A stretch of DNA of 62,410 nucleotides, counting the filler. It is 9 parts of 9 records of this genome, joined end to end, with 100 filler letters (N's around TTAATTAATTAA, not from the genome) between each part and the next. Parts side by side here need not be neighbours in the genome. Positions count along the whole stretch, not along the records: positions 1 to 13,999 come from SRR7504441_9123; positions 14,100 to 23,700 come from SRR7504441_9130; 7 more parts are not named here. One strand, given 5' to 3'. Position 1 is the first letter of the stretch. The number at the start of each line of letters is the position of its first letter. The translations under genes were made by a program, and so were the position numbers. The notes under the pieces were generated by a model. It saw nothing but the letters and a program-made list of their open reading frames with translations, was not told the DNA's origin and did no database searches. Positions 10,715 to 22,674 of this stretch are shown here, one piece after another.

Positions 10715-12097
10715 CTATAGGGTATCGACAGTGAACAGCCGCGGGTTGTGCGCCTCCTTTTGTGCCCGGTGGCGGCTCATTTCAATCCGTTTGAGAGCCG
10801 CCGCACCGGTCTTCCTGAGCATCTCCGCCACACCATCCCGCTTGGGCGGTGTCTTAGCCCGGATCGCGGCCACTCCACGTGCCCTCAGCTCAGCAGCAGC
10901 CGAATTGCCAGCCACTGGCTCAGCCTTCCCGAAACAGTCAAGTTGTTGGCTGATCAAGGAGGATTGATGCGCTAGCTGGGCTTCCAACCGCCTCACTCGC
11001 CCATCCCGCTCGTGTGCCTCTGCCATCCTCGCCGCCCCCGCCTGCTGCAGCTGCGCCACACTGCTAGCCAGCTCAGTTTCCCGCGCCCGCGACTGGGCCA
11101 GCTGCTGCTGCAGCTCCGCCACAACTGCCCGATCCGACCCGTCGACGCTCAACTCGCCTGACTGGCCGCATCCCGCACTCCGAAGCTGGTCCAGCTCCTC
11201 CTCCAGCACCCGAAACCGCCGCTCGAGCGCTTGGTCGCTGCCTGCACCACCATTGCACAGCTCACTCCGGCTCTCGCTGGCAACTGACACTCCCCCCGGC
11301 TTCTGGGGCCGGCACTCAGCGACCGCCTGGCTCAGAGACCGCCTGGCCCAAAGCTCGGCCGCCGCTTGGTGCTCCTCAGCTTGCTCGGCCAGCAAGATGT
11401 GTGCCTGCTGCAGTTGATTCTCCAGTGCAGTCACCCGCTCCTTGCCCTCTTCGCTATCCTGACTCATCTGCGCCTCCTGCCGCTTCAGCTGATCCTCCAG
11501 TGCACGCTCTCTCTGTGCTGCTGTCTGACGCTCTGCCGTGAGCGCCACTACTTTACTCTGTAGCAGCTTGATCTCACCCTCAAGATCCGTCACCGCCTCG
11601 TCCTTGCGGCTGGCTGCCTGCCGCTCCCGGGCCAGTTGCTGCTCCAGCCGCTCAACCTCGCCCTCCAGCGCAGCCACGCGCTTGTTGCTGCTCAAGATTC
11701 GGCCCGCAACACTCTGCTCCACCGAACTGCCACACTCGCGCCGCTCCGACAGCCGACGCACCTCGCCCTCGGCCCGTTCCAGCGCCTTCTGGAGCTCCGA
11801 CTGGCTCACGAGGCTGCTCCGGGCGAGCACCAGCTCCCGCTGGCTCAAGGCTAACTCGGCCCGCGCCAGCCGCAGCTGCTCGGCCTCGCTCTCGCGCAGC
11901 TTGGTCTCTAGGTGCTCCAGGCGCCGGGTCGGCGCCGGGCTAGCCGGGCTGGCTGGCTGGCGGGGCGCGGGCCCGGGCGAGACGGCCAGCGCCCGCTGGT
12001 TTCGGCGGAGCTGGATTGCCTCGAGGTGCAGGGCCAGCTCCTGGCCCGCCGGGCTCGCCCAGGTCGGCGGGGGGCTGTACCCGGCGATCGGCGTCAT
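10715..12097 (-). CDS. Coiled-coil protein, unknown function
   Basis: 460-aa E/L/Q/R heptad-rich ORF. Confidence 0.7.
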   Translation of the reverse strand: MTPIAGYSPPPTWASPAGQELALHLEAIQLRRNQRALAVSPGPAPRQPASPASPAPTRRLEHLETKLRESEAEQLRLARAELALSQRELVLARSSLVSQSELQKALERAEGEVRRLSERRECGSSVEQSVAGRILSSNKRVAALEGEVERLEQQLARERQAASRKDEAVTDLEGEIKLLQSKVVALTAERQTAAQRERALEDQLKRQEAQMSQDSEEGKERVTALENQLQQAHILLAEQAEEHQAAAELWARRSLSQAVAECRPQKPGGVSVASESRSELCNGGAGSDQALERRFRVLEEELDQLRSAGCGQSGELSVDGSDRAVVAELQQQLAQSRARETELASSVAQLQQAGAARMAEAHERDGRVRRLEAQLAHQSSLISQQLDCFGKAEPVAGNSAAAELRARGVAAIRAKTPPKRDGVAEMLRKTGAAALKRIEMSRHRAQKEAHNPRLFTVDTL

Positions 12098-12352
12098 GAT
12101 TGCTGATGGTGCCGGCGGGAGCGCCGCGGCGGAAGCTGCTGGGCGACATGGAGCGGGCCTGCAGCCGGGACGGCGATCTTCGCACAGAGTACCACTGCAC
12201 TGTTGACGCCGATGCTCTCGAAGGCGAGACCGATCGCATTCTGCTCAAATCGTGCCAGATCTGAATTCCGTTAAAATCATCGCCCCGGCTCGGCAACTTG
12301 GCGGGACCGTAGCACGCCCAGGCCCCGAGCCGATCGGTTGTAATCCGAGCGC

Positions 12353-13999
12353 ATGGCCCTGCCCGGCTCCCAGACCGGCGGTCCAAGCGACCCGCCGACC
12401 ACTCGGGTGCACGTCAAGCTCGACTTCAGCAACGGGGTGCAGGAGGTACCTGCAACGGCCCGGCCAGCCGCCCAGCCAGCCGGCCAGATCAACTATGCCC
12501 AGCTGCTCAGCGGGCCGCCCCCGGCCGAGCCGGCCGCCGACGAGGCCGAGTCCGGGTCGTCCGGACCGATGGAAGAATACGACGATGCCGACTCGTTCAT
12601 TGACGACGAGGGTCTGAACGAGCAGGCCAGGGACCCGCGCCCGGGCCAGGCGCTCTTCCGGGTGAGTGCCATGTCCGACGAGGAGATCGCCGTCACGTGA
12701 CCCGCGCCCCCCGGGCCGGGCTGAACCAGCGGGCAGCGCCCCGCCAGCTCCAGGACCGGCCCCGGCCAAGAAGAAGCACCGGAAGCAGCGCGTGCTCACA
12801 GACGTGTGCCACCGGGGCGGCGAGAGGCTGACGGCTGGGTGCAGCTGGAGGACCCGGAACTGACTGCGGCGCTTGAAGAGCTGCAGGCGAACGGTGGGCG
12901 ACTCCCGAGTCCGCGGGCGAGCCGGGCCGGACAGTGGGCTCCAAGAAGCGGATGACAGCTGAGCTGGACCCGATGCTGCTCCGGTGGCCCGTGGGCAGGC
13001 CGGGGTACTCAGCCCGGTGGCAGCTGCGCCGGGGCTGCGAGGGCGGCGCATCCTGACGGGCAGTTCGGGGACGACGCGCGAGAGTTGCTGCAACAGGCGA
13101 TGCCGTTTGCCACTCTCAAGGCCATCAGCAGCAAGGTGCTCCGACTGGAGACCGAGGCCAAGATCCGGGTGCGCTACCCAGCTGTGGTCGGCTCATCAGC
13201 TGAGTATGTGGCAGGGTTACAATACTCATATAACTGAGAATATGGCCATGCTGCGCGTAGGGATCAGCGCAGCCGTGGCCCAGGCGGCTGAGGCTCAGGC
13301 GGCGGCCTGCGTACCGGTCACCCCGGCCGCGGAGGGGCAGACAGTGGGCGAAATCATCCAGACAAGCGCGCCGGGCAAGGCACGGTTCGTGTGGTCTCTA
13401 GAGGTTGAGGAAGCCTGGTACGAGGTGGCTCACGCCGAGCTCCAGCTGATCGAGATGACTGTCTCTCGTAAATCGGGCGGCAAGCTCTCGGCCAAGCGGG
13501 AGGAGCGTGAAAAGCTGCGAGAGAAGGAGGAGAAAGATATGAGTAGGGCGATGTATAAGCGGCACTGTGAGGTCTGGCAGTCCGAGGGGGCCGCCCACGT
13601 TGAGTGGACCGAGCTGCGTCAGGTGCGGCCTGGACGGCTTGTGTGAGCCTCGGTCAGGCGTACGGGCGTGTCCATAGGAGACAGGCCAAGGCCGCGGCCA
13701 AGCCTGCTGCCGGCAAGACCGCCAAACCGAAGACCACCGCACCTCCCAAGTCGCCCATTGCGCCAGTTGCCAAGAAGGTGGCCGACCCAAATCAACCCGC
13801 GGACCCGGAGCCGGGCGACAAGCGGAAACGGGCCCCTGCTGCCTTACCGGCTGCGAAGAAACCGAATAAGTACACGTGGCATGCTCATGAGGCGGCAGCG
13901 GCCGAGCCGGAGCCGGCGGCCGAGGAGGCCGAGCCGTTGATGAGCTGTGAGTTTGACCCTGTTCCGGACCAGATTCTGCAGCGCTGGCAGAGGGCTGCA
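12353..13999 (+). CDS. HPC2/ubinuclein-like histone chaperone subunit (HUN motif), 3' truncated by contig end
   Basis: EEYDDADSFIDDEGL motif. Six GT-AG introns of 35-46 nt restore one frame; basic C-terminal region. Confidence 0.7.
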
Positions 14000-14099
14000 N
14001 NNNNNNNNNNNNNNNNNNNNNNNNNNNNNNNNNNNNNNNNNNNTTAATTAATTAANNNNNNNNNNNNNNNNNNNNNNNNNNNNNNNNNNNNNNNNNNNN
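14000..14099. other. Artificial contig linker
   Basis: N44-TTAATTAATTAA-N44, giving stops in all six frames. Confidence 0.98.
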
Positions 14100-15720
14100 G
14101 TCGTGGGCAACGAGTCTTGCACAATCTATCGAGATGAAGAAAGCCCAGTCCTCGTCTGTTATCTGTTTGGCGTTTCGAAGCACCATAAAGGCAATCACAG
14201 ATGCAAACAGAATCTTGTCTTTCTCAAACAAGCCACGGCATATATTGAAGTAGATTTCTCGCGTGATGACGGTGATGATGGTTTCAACCCGAATAGCCAC
14301 ATCAGTGTTGGCTTCCGAGTTTGAGATATTGAATGCAAATAGCTTTGAAAAGTATTGGAGCGAATACTGATACATGTAGTCGATCTTACCCATGTCGGCT
14401 ATTGCAAAGTACAGCACTGAGCCTCGGCAGGCAGCAGGCCTGTACAGCTCACGCGTCTCAGCAATCAATTCATTTGTTTTTTCTGCCTAATCCACCGATT
14501 AGCCTGGCTTTGTGGGTCAATCATTAGCGGCCATCGCCTTCCCCATTCCACAAACAACCCATTTTGAATTGATAACGCATCACTTGGAAGTCCAAATGAG
14601 TTCCATTCACGAATCTTAACTGGATCTCCAAGGCACTGCTCCAGCGAAAACTGGGCATCTACCTTAATACCTACTGCCTTACACCACGCTGTCCAGTCTG
14701 CTGCAAGATCAGCGCGGTATTCAAACGTAAACGCGCCAACATACGCAATCGCCGCAGCTGACAGCAAGATATTGCCAACAAGATTTTCTCTGTCCTTGTC
14801 GAGTTGAGTGCATGTCTCTTCCCACCGCTTCTAGCGCTGAGGCCAATGAGGCCTGCTGCAAGATGTGCGTCAAGATCCATGGGTCAGTTGGACTCAAATC
14901 TCAGCAGTTTTTGGATCAACTTGGGCGGTATAACCATACCACGCCGACTTCTTACCTTGAGCTCATTAACCTCTACCAAGGCATGCTCACGAAGCAGTCT
15001 GATGTGTTGGGCACTAAGCAGAACAGACTGAGCGGCGGAGTGAAAAAGATGGTTGAGATCAATGGAAATGTCGCCGAGATGAAGATCACCCTGGCCGAGT
15101 TGCAGCCAGTGCTCGCTGAGTCTGCAAAAGAGACCGAGGCACTTCTAGAGAATGTCAAGAAGGAACAAGTGATCGCTGACGAGGCCAAGACCCAGTGTAA
15201 GAAGGACGAAGTTGAGTGCAACGAGATTGCAGCAGAAGCAAATGCTATTAAAATGGATGCCCAGAAAGATCTCGACGAGGCTCTCCCTGCCTTCAACTCG
15301 GCGGTGAAGGCGCTCAAATCTCTGTCCAAGGATGACATCAATACAGTCAAAACCTTCCCGGGCCACAGACAAGAGCGCATCCTCAGGCCAGGCAAAGAAC
15401 CAGTCGATGGTAGTACAGTTGACGAGAGATGGGAACATCCGGCATTGGGTCCGGAACTCATCACCCGACGGGCTCATCGTGAGCACCACGTGCAGATTCT
15501 GCCGGACCAAGTGGATGAAATGATCCCAGATCACCTGACTCGCACTCCAGGTCACTTGGAACGTGTCTTTGAGCTTCTCGCAGAGCAGATTGTCAAACCA
15601 GTCGCAGTCAGATTGCTCGTTCAGTCGGTCTCGGAACACACGGGACATCTCGTGAGCCCACAGCTTGAGCAGCCGGTTAGTATCTGGCACTTCCTTGTTT
15701 GTGACGGTCAGGATTCCCCC
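14100..15720 (-). pseudogene. Rearranged 3' part of dynein heavy chain: five fragments, one inverted (14832-15358 on +)
   Basis: Fragments in dynein order: GIL...WAHEMSRVFRDRL; LHVVLTMSP...IDWFFAWPEDALLSVA; TTPTSYLELI...EALPA (plus strand); KRWEE...WPLMIDPQSQANRWI; RELYRPAA...YQYSL. Intervening domains are absent. May be an assembly or amplification chimera. Confidence 0.75.
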
Positions 15721-18700
15721 AGCGTGATCTCGAAGTATTGGATGATCTTAGCAATCAGCAGCTCCTCCAACTGCAGACCCTTGCCTGTGAGCTGATCCTC
15801 AATGGCAACCTGAAGGTTGCCATAGTCCACATTTGGGATCACTGCTCCAGGGAACAGGTCCTGGATGATTGCAAGGAACAATGGGACATCCTGGTAGAGG
15901 AACTTGGGAAGATTGGAGTCGCGCATGGCTCGAATCAGCACAATTTCTTCAGACAGTTGTGACTCTGATCGCTTGAGCTGGCCAGCCATCACAAGCACAG
16001 ACTTGACTGCACGCATCCCAAAGTCGTAGTGGTCTTGCTTGGAGAGCTGCTCTGAGGACAGCCGGTACAGCTGCACCATTTTGGTGGAAAGCTGAGTTGC
16101 TGTCATGAAACCCTCAGAGAAAAGAATAATCTCCGCAATGAGCCCGTAATCGGGCACCATCATTGCCACTGGTCGGAAGAGTGCCTTGAGATTGTCTGGC
16201 AGCTCTGTCCGCCCAGCATACCCCGGATTCATTGTGATGAACACCCCAACCCCTGAGTTGAGCGGAATGTCGCGACCTTCAAACATGAATGTCTCGACCT
16301 GGTCATTCAGAGCATTGATGATGCTCAACATCATTTGCGCAATCACTGACAGCACCTCGATATCAATCCGATTGAACTCATCAAAACAAGCCCACGCTCC
16401 ACACTGCACGAGACCAGAAAAGAACCGGCCCATGATCAGGTAATCAAGCCCATCTGAGCAGTTGAAAACCACGCACTGCCTTGCGAGCGCCTTAGCCAAG
16501 TCCTTTGTGGTCTCGGTTTTGCCAGTGCCAGCAGGGCCCTGGGGAGCGCCTCCAAGCCGCACATGCAGGGCCCCAGTCAGCGTCATGTAGCACTTGTCGG
16601 TGAGCGGTGTGATCACTAGCCGGGCGCTGTTGCCTAGGTACTCATAGCCATACAAGAACTCTGTATTGGTCTGACGGAGCACGCAGTCGTCAGTGTCGGC
16701 TCCGCGAAGCCCGTTCTCTAGGTGGTCTTGCCAGTAATATCTGAGCTGCTTGGTCCACTCAAAGTCAGTTATGCTACCACAGTTAGCGTCGATCATGTTC
16801 TCAACGACCGTGCGAGCATGCACATCAATCACAATCAGAGCTCCCATACACTTTCGCTCCAGCTTGGTGAGTTTGCCCAGCACAAGCTCAACCATCCCCT
16901 GCAGCTGATTATTGCTGAACTCCAAATGTTTCTTCATTGCATCCTTGTCCTCTCCGGACTCAATCTGGTTGAGTGCTTTCTCGCTGTTTGCTGTCCAGTA
17001 GACTTGCTCAATAGCAATGATTGCCATTGCAGGAGACTCAAAGAACCACTCTGCCCGCCGGTCTTCAGCGTAAGTGTCCAGGCACTTCTTTGTGTGATCC
17101 CACAGCGAGAGCCGCATCTCCTTCTCTACATCTGTCAGCCAAAACTCGACAGAGCCGGCTGTCTGGAGTACCCTGGTGAATGCAACTTTCTCACCTTCTC
17201 CTGACACCATACCCTCGATCGACAGAGGCTTGACCTCGTCGTTGTCATCCTCGTCTAGCATGTCCTCCTCAGTCTTTTCTGCCGATTCGTCAGCACCAAA
17301 TTTGAGTGACTTGATAGAGTCGAAGCACTTGACCATGTGAGGTTGCACTGAGAGAGGGTTGCGAGTCTCCGACAGAATTTGGAGCAACTCGTCGTTCGAC
17401 AGGAAGTAAAACCGGGCAAATGAGGCCCTCTTGGTTTCTAGATAGGCTTCAAGAGACTTTTGGACTTCATCAAGGACCACGTTAGCGTTCTTGAACATGT
17501 CAAGAACTCCAGGCATGTCGCACACACCAATCGCCAGCCTGTGCTCATTCACCTTGCGCATATGCTTCTTCCAGGCAGAATCAACCTTTGCAAACTTAGC
17601 AGCCTCTAGAGGAAGCTGCTTCTTGATGTCGTCGGCGCAGAAGATGTTCTCGAGATAGAGCCAAGCTTTCTGGCACAGGATCCACTCTTCCAGGATGTCA
17701 GAGAGAAGCCGGAGCTGCGAGTCCCACAGGTTGACTTTGGTCTGGATCCCACCCACAAACCGCGAACCAAGGATGGTCTGGAGCGTCACCTGGTTGTCCT
17801 CGAGAAGCATTGAGACTTCCTCCACTGAGCCCAGAATAAACAGATCTCCACCATCCCGATAATCTGTCACCTCAAACTCCTGAGTCTGCCAGCCCTCTTC
17901 GATCTTATCCAGTGTCATTGACAATGCGTATTCGCCGCCTGCAATTGCACAGATCTCGTTGATCTTCTCCTTGTGCTCCTCGTCAAAGATCCCCCATCGC
18001 CACAGATTGTCCAGATTGAATGCTGGCAGGGTGTTGTCTGAATCAAACAGATGCTGTCTCTGAAAGATGGTGAAGATCTGCATCCACGGCTTTGCAGACT
18101 TCATTGAGTCTTGACCAAGCTCAATCGCCAGCGGCAGAATTGCCTTGAAATCAAACATGATCTGGAACAGATCATCCACCACTGCATCTGTAGTGTCCTG
18201 TTTCTTAAATTTCCGCTGAAGGTCCATGCAGCTCTTGAGCATTGCGGCGGCATCCTGCTCCATCTGGGCCACGTCGAGGTCCACGAAGTCCGACGCCTCC
18301 AGCCACTGGCTGTTCTTCTCTGTCCACTGGTCTTTTAGGCTCCACACAGAGTAACGCACGTCAAACTTCTCCCTCGCAGCGTCCAGATGAGTAAAGAAAT
18401 CGCGATTCTGCTCCTCGGCCTCAGGCTGCTCCTTCTCCTCCTCGGCCTCAGGCTGCTCCTCAGCATCCTCCTTCTCCTCCTCCTCCTTCGCCTTGGCAGC
18501 CTGGGCCTCAGGGTCGGCGGCCAGCTTAGCGGCTTCAATTGCTGCTTGCTGTCGCAGGATGTTCTGCTCGAGGGTCTTCTGGTAGGCCTCAAACATGTCG
18601 CACTTCTCTTGGAGCGCCTTGAGCTGCTTCTCCATCTCGTCCAGATCATCAAGCACCTCCTGGCTCGACTTGACCTTTGGATCATTGTACTGCTCAGCCT

Positions 18701-21003
18701 CGAGCTCGGTGAGCACTCGATCGAGCGCGTTGTTGTTCTCGTCGATCCGCTTCTCGAGCTTGTCCTGGTTAGCATTCTGTTGGTTTACTACCCGCTCGTT
18801 GGCTGCGATCAAGCCGACCTCGAACGCCTTGACTTCCGAGAGCATGTTGTCCCTCTCGACCTCGATTGATGCATCGATCTTGACGTCGAACTTGAGCAGC
18901 ATCTCATATAGCTCCTGCACCTCCAAGTTGTCCTGCTCGAGCCTTGGCCGAACCGCCTCCATCTCACCGATTGCAGTCACGTACTCCACAAAGTGCTGCA
19001 GGCCCTCCGGGGCCTTGTTGAGCACGCTCACCTTCTCATGCAGCTCGGAGGCGAAGATCACGCACTTGCTCACAAAGTTCTTGAGCAAAAGCCCCTTGAG
19101 GTCGCCCATGATGTTGTCCGACACGCTCTGCAGGTCCTGCGCGAGTCCCTCGGTCTTGACCTTGAAGATCCCCTTGAAGTCAAGCTTCTGCATAGTCTCA
19201 ATTTGCGTCAGCCACTCGCCCACTTCGTTCATCCGAGTCCTGAACGCCACAAACTGCGGCTTCTTGGCCGCAAACGTCTCGATCCGCCACTGCGGATCAA
19301 ACTGGGTATCATAGATCTCTCTGTAGCTCTCAAACGCGAGCGCGTAGTCCTCGATCACTTTATAATTATTGTCGAGCACCGTGTTCATCCCATCCTTGGT
19401 GTACATGAACACGGTATTGCTCTTGATCAGCTGACCCACGTTCGGGATCTGAGCTTTCACTCCGTGGAAGTGCAGCTTCAGCGCCGGCAGCTGGACCACA
19501 CGGGTCACGTGCTGCACGTTTTGCACGATGTCCTCGACCATCTTGTCCACTGCGTCTTTGATATTGTCCAGCCCCGGGTCGAAGTACGACACTCCACCCT
19601 CACCAAACTGGATCGAGACTTCAAACAGTGACTTGTTCCGCTGCTGTAGCTCGTGCATCTCTGTGATTGTCTCCAAAAACTTCTGCATGGTTGACACTGT
19701 GTGCATCACCAATGTATCCACTACCATCATATCCACTAGTCGGATGAAGTCGTCCATCATCAACAGCTCGGCCTCTGCCTTGTGCACCGCCGCAAGCCGG
19801 GCCGCCTTCTCTATCCGGATCTGATACATCGACTTGCTCTTCTCAGACCCGGTCTCCTCTGCGTCCAGCACGTGCTCATCCGGCAGGTGCGACCGCTGGG
19901 TCAGGTCGTCCGCCACGTGGTCGATGCTCTTGAGCAGGTGCGTGCAGACCTGAGTCTCAAACTCGGTCAGTGCCAGTTGTCGCTGCTCCTCCGACTTCTT
20001 CCGGAATTCCTGCAGTTCGTATATCTTGGGCTTGATCATCAGCTTTGTCTGCTCCATCTCGCGGCACTGCCGGGTGATGTCTACCAGCGTGGGCGCGAAC
20101 GAGGGCCGGGCCAGGTAGAGGTGCTTGAACAGCTTTGACCGCTGGTTGAGGAAGGTCCTGTATTTGACATTGTGGAACCAAATCGAAAAGAGCTTGGTGC
20201 CACAGAAGCGCTTGAAGAACTGGATGGAACGGAGCACGTCGAACAGGGTGGACTTGCGGATCCACTCAGCCAGAGCGATGAAGTTGGACGGGCGCGATGG
20301 GTCCACGTGCACCAGCCCTGAGAGCGACATCGTCCAATGCTGCGTGTGTGACACGTTCAGCTCGCGCCGCGACACCACCTGCCGCCCCGGCGCTCAAAAC
20401 ACACTGCACACTGGAGCGCGCTGACCTCCAGCGCGTAAGGATTGAACGGTTTGGCGTCCGAATCCGGTTCGCTGCGAGTGGTTGAGTGGCGGCCAGGCTG
20501 GCAGACCAACCGGATCAGATGCACAAACTTGATCGAAGTGTTCTGGCCGTGCTTGGCGAAGAACGCGATCGCCTCGGCGCTGGTGGTTATCTCGGGCAGC
20601 TCGTCTGAGTCTAGCCGTTGGAGCGAGCTGGTGGCTCCGGCACGCTGCCGCTCTGGTAACTCCTGTTTGGAAGGCATCTCGAAGTCGACGATGTCATTGT
20701 TCGAATACTGGAACAGCGAGCGCTTCGATTTGCCCTGCTTCAACGGCAGCAGCCTGCCCCACCGGTGAGCCCCAGCCCGGGTGCGCTCTGCTGACCTCTG
20801 CTGACCGCCGGTGCTGATCAGCCCCCTGCCAGGCCGCACGCTGGGTGACGGCGGCGAGGCCGAGCTGTCGAACCGAACCTGGCCCTACCGGCGGTGAGCG
20901 GTCAGGCCGGGCGGGTGCGTGGGGCGGGGGGTGGGAGCAGCGGGCGGCGGCACACCTGGGGGCGGGTGGGCGGGGGGTTTGAGTCGGGTTGTTGCCGGGA
21001 CAT
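15708..21003 (-). CDS. Axonemal inner-arm dynein heavy chain (DNAH6-like): tail, linker and AAA1
   Basis: ATG 21003; introns 20885-20955, 20754-20795, 20472-20510 and 20379-20425; then a 1556-aa exon with FARFYFLSNDELL, GPAGTGKT, CFDEFNR and YDFGMR. The frame ends at a deletion junction near 15718. Confidence 0.92.
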
Positions 21004-21272
21004 CTTAGCGCGGTCGATGGCCGGGAGGACAGACGAGGCGGAGGGTGAGAGCCCAGGCAGCCCCGGCCCGGCCGACATCCTCTCTAGCCGGCTGCTGCTC
21101 CGCTCACCAGCCGCTGCTCACCGGCATCCGAAGACCCAATCTATCTTGGCTTATTATAGGACGCCCCAACGGACAAAGATACGCGGTGAAGGATGGACTC
21201 CCCTTGGAAGAGGGCATCCATCCTCTGCTGAGCCGAGCAGTCAAGGCAGTGGGCCGTCCGGCGGGGCCGGCG

Positions 21273-21667
21273 ATGTCGCACTACAGACCGGTCACTCCGA
21301 TGTTCGCCGACGGCGAATCCAAGGCTCGCGCCCCCCCGGGCGCCCCCGACGGTCGGGTCAGGGCTGGAATCAGCTGCTCAACCACCATGGATGGGACTTC
21401 AAGTCGGTCACCCGGAGCCCGGCCTCCCCGCCCAAGGCGCCCCCCCAGCCCCGGGCCCCGGCCCAACAGTCGGCAGTTGCGCGCGCTCAACCTGCCGCCG
21501 CCGGTGCCGTCTAAGGTCTACAGTGACTCCTCGCTGGAACTGAGTAGCCGGGCTGGGCCGGCCGGGGCGGACGGCCGGGGGCAGGGCACTCGCACGGGCT
21601 GGTCTTGCAGTTCGGGGCGCTCGATGCCATCAGGCACTGGACTCCGGAGATGCTAATCGAGAAGTAA
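21273..21667 (+). CDS. TIP41-like protein, N-terminal half
   Basis: Introns 21324-21361 (GC-AG), 21437-21476 (GC-AG, probable) and 21544-21584 give ...HGWDFKSVTRSP...LNLPPPVPSKVYSDSSLELRHSHGLVLQFGALDAIRHW, which matches the TIP41 N-terminal pattern (GW...LPEMxF..S.L.L.H..G..I.FNALDAL). Confidence 0.7.
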
Positions 21668-21670
21668 CCC

Positions 21671-22458
21671 CCGAATATTATTTTAGTGACATATAGTGAC
21701 TTTGTAGTGACATTCGGCGCGGCTGATCATGGTGGGCAGGCCTTCGGCCGAGGGCGAGTACTTGGGCGACGGCGCCAGCCGCACCTCCGTGTCCATCAGC
21801 ATGACCTGCCGCCGCTCCGGACCAAGCAACCAGGCAACCCACCGGCTCCCCGAACTCAAATGCGTACCGGGTGTCCACCAGCCGGGCCTGGGACCAGCTC
21901 AGGCAGGCGAGGAGGCCGGTGCCACCCCCTGGCGAGAGCACTGGAGCAGCCGGAGCAGCAGCAGCAGCCGCTCGGGCATCACCTGCGGCGGTCGTTAGAT
22001 TGCGGGCGGAGTGGCGGCTCGCCCGGATCTTGACCGCCAGCCGGGTCTGGCCCTGCTCGCATGTGTGCTCGTAGAGCGTCACGTCGTCATAGAACATAAC
22101 TTGGTCTTTGGATGTGTACCTGCACCCAAAGCGTTGGAGCGGGCGGCTGCACGGCGGGCGGACCGATCCATCGGCAACTCCTGCTCGGTCTCGCTCAGCA
22201 CCACCTGCGCCGCCGTTTCATTCCACTGGAATTACTACAAGTAGGTGCTAGTGTTCACTAGTGTACACATAGAGAGAGAGCATTGGTCTAGTTAGCATCA
22301 GCGGTGGTATGGACCGGATTGCCGCCCATGGTGAATGCGGGAGGCCCACCCTCCGCAGCGGCCGACTCAGGGTTCGAGGACCACATGTGCGCAGCCGGCG
22401 GTTGGGAGGCGAGCCCCGGGGCAGATACAAGAACAGCCCTGCAGTGTCTACTATTCGG
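21671..22458. repeat. Inverted repeat CCGAATA (21671-21677) / TATTCGG (22452-22458) bounding the inverted TIP41 segment
   Basis: 7/7 perfect; 9/10 when extended (CCGAATATTA vs CCGAATAGTA). Confidence 0.65.
21683..22438 (-). CDS. TIP41-like protein, C-terminal half (divergent)
   Basis: Acceptor CTGCAG|G at 22439/22438 and an in-frame ATG at 22386. Five introns, including 22226-22314 and GC-AG 21983-22022, give QVMFYDDVTLYE...LAVKIRVMPERLLLLLR...ARLVDTRYAFEF, ending TAA at 21683. Confidence 0.8.
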
Positions 22459-22674
22459 AGACAAGTGCAAGTCGTGATCTGAGCATGCACCGTTCTCAGC
22501 AGCACGATTATTAAACCAATGCGTGACCGGCGTTGACGAACAGTTCGAGATTGATCGATCAGAGTCTGGTAACCGTCAATAAATCTAACATCAACCCTTT
22601 ATAATCCCTCATGCAACGGATTAATATCGAAATGAATATCGGAATGATTGAGCCAATAGTTCGTCTGGCGAGTG

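Noticed and set aside
14000-14099. Recurrent TTAATTAATTAA flanked by Ns (8 copies) as a biological repeat
   Set aside because: It is an identical 100-nt six-frame-stop spacer used to concatenate contigs.
14100-14135. Possible sixth dynein junction (SWATSLAQSIE on +, resembling AAA6)
   Set aside because: Only about 35 nt at a contig end, and the minus frame is also open, so it cannot be decided.
20826-20885. 6-nt microexon in the dynein 5' region
   Set aside because: The frame is already continuous with a single phase-0 intron at 20885-20955.
20894-21656. Track ORFs 20894-21514 and 21045-21656 as genes, with an ATG 13 bp from the dynein ATG
   Set aside because: They are unspliced read-throughs of different TIP41 N-half exons.
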